From: an uncultured Saprospiraceae bacterium
GTDB lineage: Bacteria > Bacteroidota > Bacteroidia > Chitinophagales > Saprospiraceae
Length of the DNA stretch: 64,000 nt
Reading direction: 5' to 3'
Assembly (NCBI GenBank): GCA_938015415.1
Contig: CALLPK010000008.1
Span: 14,442-78,441, forward strand
Part shown: positions 60,088 through 64,000 of the stretch, in pieces
Numbering within the stretch: position 1 is the first letter of the stretch
How the letters are laid out: each line of letters opens with the position of its first letter
Program-made: the position numbers and the translations under genes
Notes under the pieces: generated by a model
The model's input: the letters and a program-made list of their open reading frames with translations, nothing else
Database searches by the model: none
Told to the model about the DNA's origin: nothing

Positions 60088-61590
60088 ATGAATATAAGAG
60101 TACTATTTATTTTAATGCTGGGTTTTATTTGGAACTCAGGCAGTCAGGCGGAAACGACTCCCTATTTTACGTTTACCGACGAGGTACGGCTGGCTTATCA
60201 GCGGGCACTCGAGCTACGAGTCCAGGAATCGAGCCTCTTGCTCTCTTCTGAAAAAACGGAACATCCCAATAATTACATGGTCTACTTCGTAGAAAATTAT
60301 TTGGATTTTATGCGGGTTTTTATAGACGAAGATGAAGAGGCTTTTGAGTTACTCACCAAAAATAAAGATCGCCGCCTGGAACTGATCGAGGCAGGTGATC
60401 CCAATTCTCCTTATTATTTATATACCCAAGCTGAAATAAAATTACAGTGGGCATTACTACACCTAAAATTTGACGAATACTTGCCCGCCCTATCTAATAT
60501 TCGTTCTGCTTATAAAATGTTGAATAAAAACCTGGAACAACATCCGGATTTTATCGCTAGCAAAAAGAGTCTGGGATTGCTGCACGCACTCGTGGGTACC
60601 GTACCGGACAACTATAAGTGGGCCGTTAAATTACTTGCGGGCATGGATGGTACCATCGAACAAGGAAAACGAGAAATGGAAGAAGTGATTCAATTTCACC
60701 GCAAAAACGGGGATAAACTATTCGAAACGGAAACGCTCGTTTTCTACGCTTTTCTAATGTTACACCTGAATAACAGCAGCAACGACCATGCCTGGAATAT
60801 TCTCAACAGTGGTGAATTGAATCCTAAAACGAGTGCTTTAGCCTGCTTTGTTTTATCGAACATGGCCATGCGGATTGGCAAAAACGATCTGGCGATTCAA
60901 ATGCTGGAAGATCGTCCACGGGGTAACAAATTTTATAAAATGCCCTATCTTGATTTTATGCTTGGACTAGCTCGGTTTCGACGATTAGATCAGGACGCAC
61001 CCCAGTATTTACAAAATTATATTAACAGTATGGGCAATGGCAATTATGTCAAAGAAGCCTACCAAAAAATAGCTTGGTTCCATCTGTTAAACGATAATGA
61101 ACTCAAGTACCGACAGTTCATGGATTTTTGTGAAAACTACGGTCGCGAATCCGTCGGCAGCGATAAAAGTGCACAGACCGAAGCAGAAAGTCGCGAACAA
61201 CCTAATCCTGTATTACTGAAAGCACGGGTCTTGTTTGACGGTGGATATTACGACCGGGCCGAAGCTTCGTTGCTTAGCTATCAACCGGAAGATTTTGCGG
61301 ATGCGGGTCTTCAGTTAGAATACGTTTATCGGCTCGGAAGAATTTTCCACGAAAGTGGTAATACCCAAAAAGCCATCGAGTACTACCAAAAAACCATCGA
61401 TCAGGGTCGCTCCCAAAAATATTATTACGCTTGTAACGCAGCGCTAAAAATGGGACTACTTTACGAAACAGCGGGTGAAAAAGCTAAGGCAAAATCGGCC
61501 TACAACATCTGCCTGGACATGTCGCCTCATCAATACAAACAAAGTCTGCACGGAAAAGCAAAAGCGGGATTGAACCGACTCGAAGGCTAA
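60088..61590 (+). CDS. Secreted TPR-repeat protein
   Basis: 500 aa. It has a signal peptide and helical TPR-like repeats (YYQKTIDQG, AKSAYNICLDM). Confidence 0.5.
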   Translation: MNIRVLFILMLGFIWNSGSQAETTPYFTFTDEVRLAYQRALELRVQESSLLLSSEKTEHPNNYMVYFVENYLDFMRVFIDEDEEAFELLTKNKDRRLELIEAGDPNSPYYLYTQAEIKLQWALLHLKFDEYLPALSNIRSAYKMLNKNLEQHPDFIASKKSLGLLHALVGTVPDNYKWAVKLLAGMDGTIEQGKREMEEVIQFHRKNGDKLFETETLVFYAFLMLHLNNSSNDHAWNILNSGELNPKTSALACFVLSNMAMRIGKNDLAIQMLEDRPRGNKFYKMPYLDFMLGLARFRRLDQDAPQYLQNYINSMGNGNYVKEAYQKIAWFHLLNDNELKYRQFMDFCENYGRESVGSDKSAQTEAESREQPNPVLLKARVLFDGGYYDRAEASLLSYQPEDFADAGLQLEYVYRLGRIFHESGNTQKAIEYYQKTIDQGRSQKYYYACNAALKMGLLYETAGEKAKAKSAYNICLDMSPHQYKQSLHGKAKAGLNRLEG

Positions 61591-61712
61591 ACCTTAAAAT
61601 ACTTTTTCTCTGTTTAGGTAAAAAATGCTACGTGATATGTCTCTTACTGCAAGACTGCTTTTTTTGTATCTTCTCCAAATTTTCACGTTAAGCAATAAAC
61701 GACCTTCGTCCT

Positions 61713-62825
61713 ATGCTGGCAAAAACTTTCCAATTTCTATGGTTTGAAATCATCTTTTTATTTCCATTTTTGGCTTTTGGCCAAACAACGGCTGGCACGA
61801 TAATATCTTCCGAGGTATTGGTACAAGAAGTAGTTTATTTTGATTTTGGTAAAGACGATCTCCGACCCGACGATGTCCAAAAACTAGAAGCCATAATTGC
61901 GGAACTAAGAGACAACGAATACGTAAAAATCCGTATCACTGCACATACCGATTCTATTGGTAGCGCCCAAAACAACCAGCGACTTTCCGAACGTCGTGGC
62001 ATCTCCGTAAAAACTTTTTTAATCACCAGTGGTATTCCGGATTCATTACTCGAAATAGGATTGTTTGGTGAATATAATCCCGTCGCAGAAAACGATACTG
62101 AAAATGGTCGACAACAGAACCGCCGCGCCACGGTCGAATTAATCAAATACAAACTCGACCCGCCAACCGCACCAAAACCCAAAGTACCAATGGAACTCAT
62201 CGAAGGTACGGTCGTCGACAAAGTTACGGGCACGCCGATACAAGCCACGGTAATTATTCGCAGCAAAACATTTAGAGATTCTATCGCCACGGATTCGACG
62301 GGCTATTTCAGTAAAGAAGTTCCCATCAATACCATAGTAGGCATCGACGTATTTGCCCCGGGTTATTTTTTTGAAACACAAATGCTAAAGGTGACCTCCA
62401 AATTAAAAGACGCTCCTACTCTTTCGTTCGAATTACCACCCGCTACCCCCGGCGAAATTGCGGCGATTAGAGATTTATTTTTTGTCGGAAACAAAGCCGT
62501 ACTACTTGCTAAGTCAGCACCCGTTTTACCCAAAGTACTACGATTTATGCAGGTCAATGGAAATTTAAAAGTAGAAATTGCGGGGCATATCAATCTTCCT
62601 TATCGCAAGGGCTCTTATTTTATTCAACCCAGTAAAAAACAACAAATCTTATCAGAAAATCGGGCGAAACTCGTTTACAATTATTTGCTTAAAAATAATA
62701 TTAATCCCGACCGAATTACGTGGAAAGGATACGGTAATTCGGAAATGAAATTTCCTTACGCTACCAAAGAAACGGAGATGAGTCAAAATCGTCGGGTAGA
62801 AATTAAAGTGATAGAAAATCAATAA
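61713..62825 (+). CDS. OmpA-family protein with two OmpA-like domains and a carboxypeptidase-regulatory-like beta domain
   Basis: 370 aa with a signal peptide. The first OmpA-like domain runs FDFGKDDLRPD...ITAHTDSIGS...NQRLSERR and ends RRATVELI. The second ends NRRVEIKV. The central GTVVDKVTGTPIQATVII is CarbopepD_reg-like. Confidence 0.75.
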   Translation: MLAKTFQFLWFEIIFLFPFLAFGQTTAGTIISSEVLVQEVVYFDFGKDDLRPDDVQKLEAIIAELRDNEYVKIRITAHTDSIGSAQNNQRLSERRGISVKTFLITSGIPDSLLEIGLFGEYNPVAENDTENGRQQNRRATVELIKYKLDPPTAPKPKVPMELIEGTVVDKVTGTPIQATVIIRSKTFRDSIATDSTGYFSKEVPINTIVGIDVFAPGYFFETQMLKVTSKLKDAPTLSFELPPATPGEIAAIRDLFFVGNKAVLLAKSAPVLPKVLRFMQVNGNLKVEIAGHINLPYRKGSYFIQPSKKQQILSENRAKLVYNYLLKNNINPDRITWKGYGNSEMKFPYATKETEMSQNRRVEIKVIENQ

Positions 62826-62866
62826 AACGAACAATAATTTAAGTAGGATTTTGGTATCATTGTCTT

Positions 62867-63985
62867 ATGAAAGAATTCCATTCCATCTCCGAGTTGAACG
62901 ATATTTTAACCGGTAGAAACATAAACGATATTGCGGTACAGTCGCTCGACCTTACCACCCTGGAAGACAAAATGCTACGTAGCCATTTTCAGTGTTGTCT
63001 TTTTTTAGGCTGTAAAATGAGTGAGCATCTTTTGAATTATCTACAAAAAGATAATTTTATTTTCCCCATCCTCGATGCTCCTTTTGAGGTGTATCCCAAT
63101 AAATTATACACCAAAGAGACACTTTATAATAATTATGATTTCCGGGAACCAGCTGGCTATGATCAGACTTATGATAAATTGGTCTACGACCATTATATAA
63201 AAACTGGCAAGCAAGCTAATTCGATCAGAGAAACCCTCACTCGTAGATTACATGACCATTCGATCACCGATGCCATCGAAGATTTTTTAAAAGATTTTAA
63301 TCCCAAAAGTATCGTAGCCATCATGGGTGGACATAACATCAGCCGCAAAGATGCCTCCTACCAACAAGTAGCTGAAATTGCGCGGGAGCTCACCGAAAAG
63401 GGATACCTGATGGTGTCAGGCGGCGGACCGGGAGCCATGGAAGCTACGCATGTCGGCGCCTGGATGGCGGGACGACCTGAAGATGAATTATACCAAGCAA
63501 TTGAGCTTCTAGGTAGTGCACCTCTTTACAATGATAAAAACTGGCTCCCAACGGCCTTTGAAGTTTTAGAAAAATATCCTACCTCAAAATATTACAGCCT
63601 GGGGATTCCTACTTGGCTGTACGGTCACGAACCGCCGACTCCTTTTGCGTCGCATATTGCAAAATATTTTGCCAACAGTGTACGGGAAGATGGATTGCTG
63701 ACTATTGCCAAAGGTGGTGTCATCTTTTCACCCGGCAATGCGGGTACCATTCAGGAAATATTTCAGGATTTAACCCAAAATCATTATCGCTCCTTTGGCT
63801 TCGCCAGTCCCATGGTTTTCATGAACAAAGAATACTGGTCGTATCAACGTCCCATCTATCCCATGATAGAACTCATGTCCCTGCGAGGCGACCTAAAAAA
63901 TCTGGATCTTGGATTGTATGATTCCAAAGAGGAAGTGATTGCGCATATTGAGCGGTTTGGAAAAATGGAGGGGGAGAATTGTTGA
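62867..63985 (+). CDS. LOG-family (Rossmann-fold nucleotide-binding, TIGR00730-like) protein
   Basis: 372 aa. VSGGGPGAMEATHVGAWMAG and PGNAGTIQE resemble the LOG/YvdD PGGxGTxxE motifs. Confidence 0.55.
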   Translation: MKEFHSISELNDILTGRNINDIAVQSLDLTTLEDKMLRSHFQCCLFLGCKMSEHLLNYLQKDNFIFPILDAPFEVYPNKLYTKETLYNNYDFREPAGYDQTYDKLVYDHYIKTGKQANSIRETLTRRLHDHSITDAIEDFLKDFNPKSIVAIMGGHNISRKDASYQQVAEIARELTEKGYLMVSGGGPGAMEATHVGAWMAGRPEDELYQAIELLGSAPLYNDKNWLPTAFEVLEKYPTSKYYSLGIPTWLYGHEPPTPFASHIAKYFANSVREDGLLTIAKGGVIFSPGNAGTIQEIFQDLTQNHYRSFGFASPMVFMNKEYWSYQRPIYPMIELMSLRGDLKNLDLGLYDSKEEVIAHIERFGKMEGENC

Positions 63986-64000
63986 TCCGTGGCGGTAAGG

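Overview
The window is a 64-kb chromosomal segment from a Bacteroidota-type genome, judged from T9SS C-terminal sorting domains, the mix of OmpA-family and T9SS cargo proteins, and AT-rich promoters. Most of it is housekeeping and gene-dense. Recognisable genes include the ilvB-ilvD pair, pheA with a neighbouring aminotransferase, anmK, ahcY, fdhD next to a YdeP-type molybdopterin oxidoreductase, obg, adk, rplY, prs, an NfeD/flotillin pair, pdxH, glgC and dnaE. Accessory content includes four T9SS-sorted secreted proteins, an AT-rich islet carrying a RhuM-Fic/Doc gene, and a family of short repeats that sit immediately after stop codons. The most unusual locus is 40.7-45.9 kb. It holds a membrane-anchored protein with three OmpA-like domains, followed by two paralogous genes built from long PEVK-like octapeptide arrays, histone-H1-like Lys/Ala/Thr tracts and a conserved C-terminal helix-hairpin-helix-like domain. 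One of the two paralogs also has an N-terminal transmembrane anchor and a Trp-periodic coiled coil. I interpret this as a candidate, apparently undescribed envelope-to-nucleoid tether. A second notable feature is a (GAAA)10 tetranucleotide tract inside the signal-peptide codons of a T9SS cargo gene, a classic phase-variation architecture. That same gene appears split by a +/-1 frameshift. All protein assignments rest on motifs I could read directly and on recalled family knowledge. No database searches were run.
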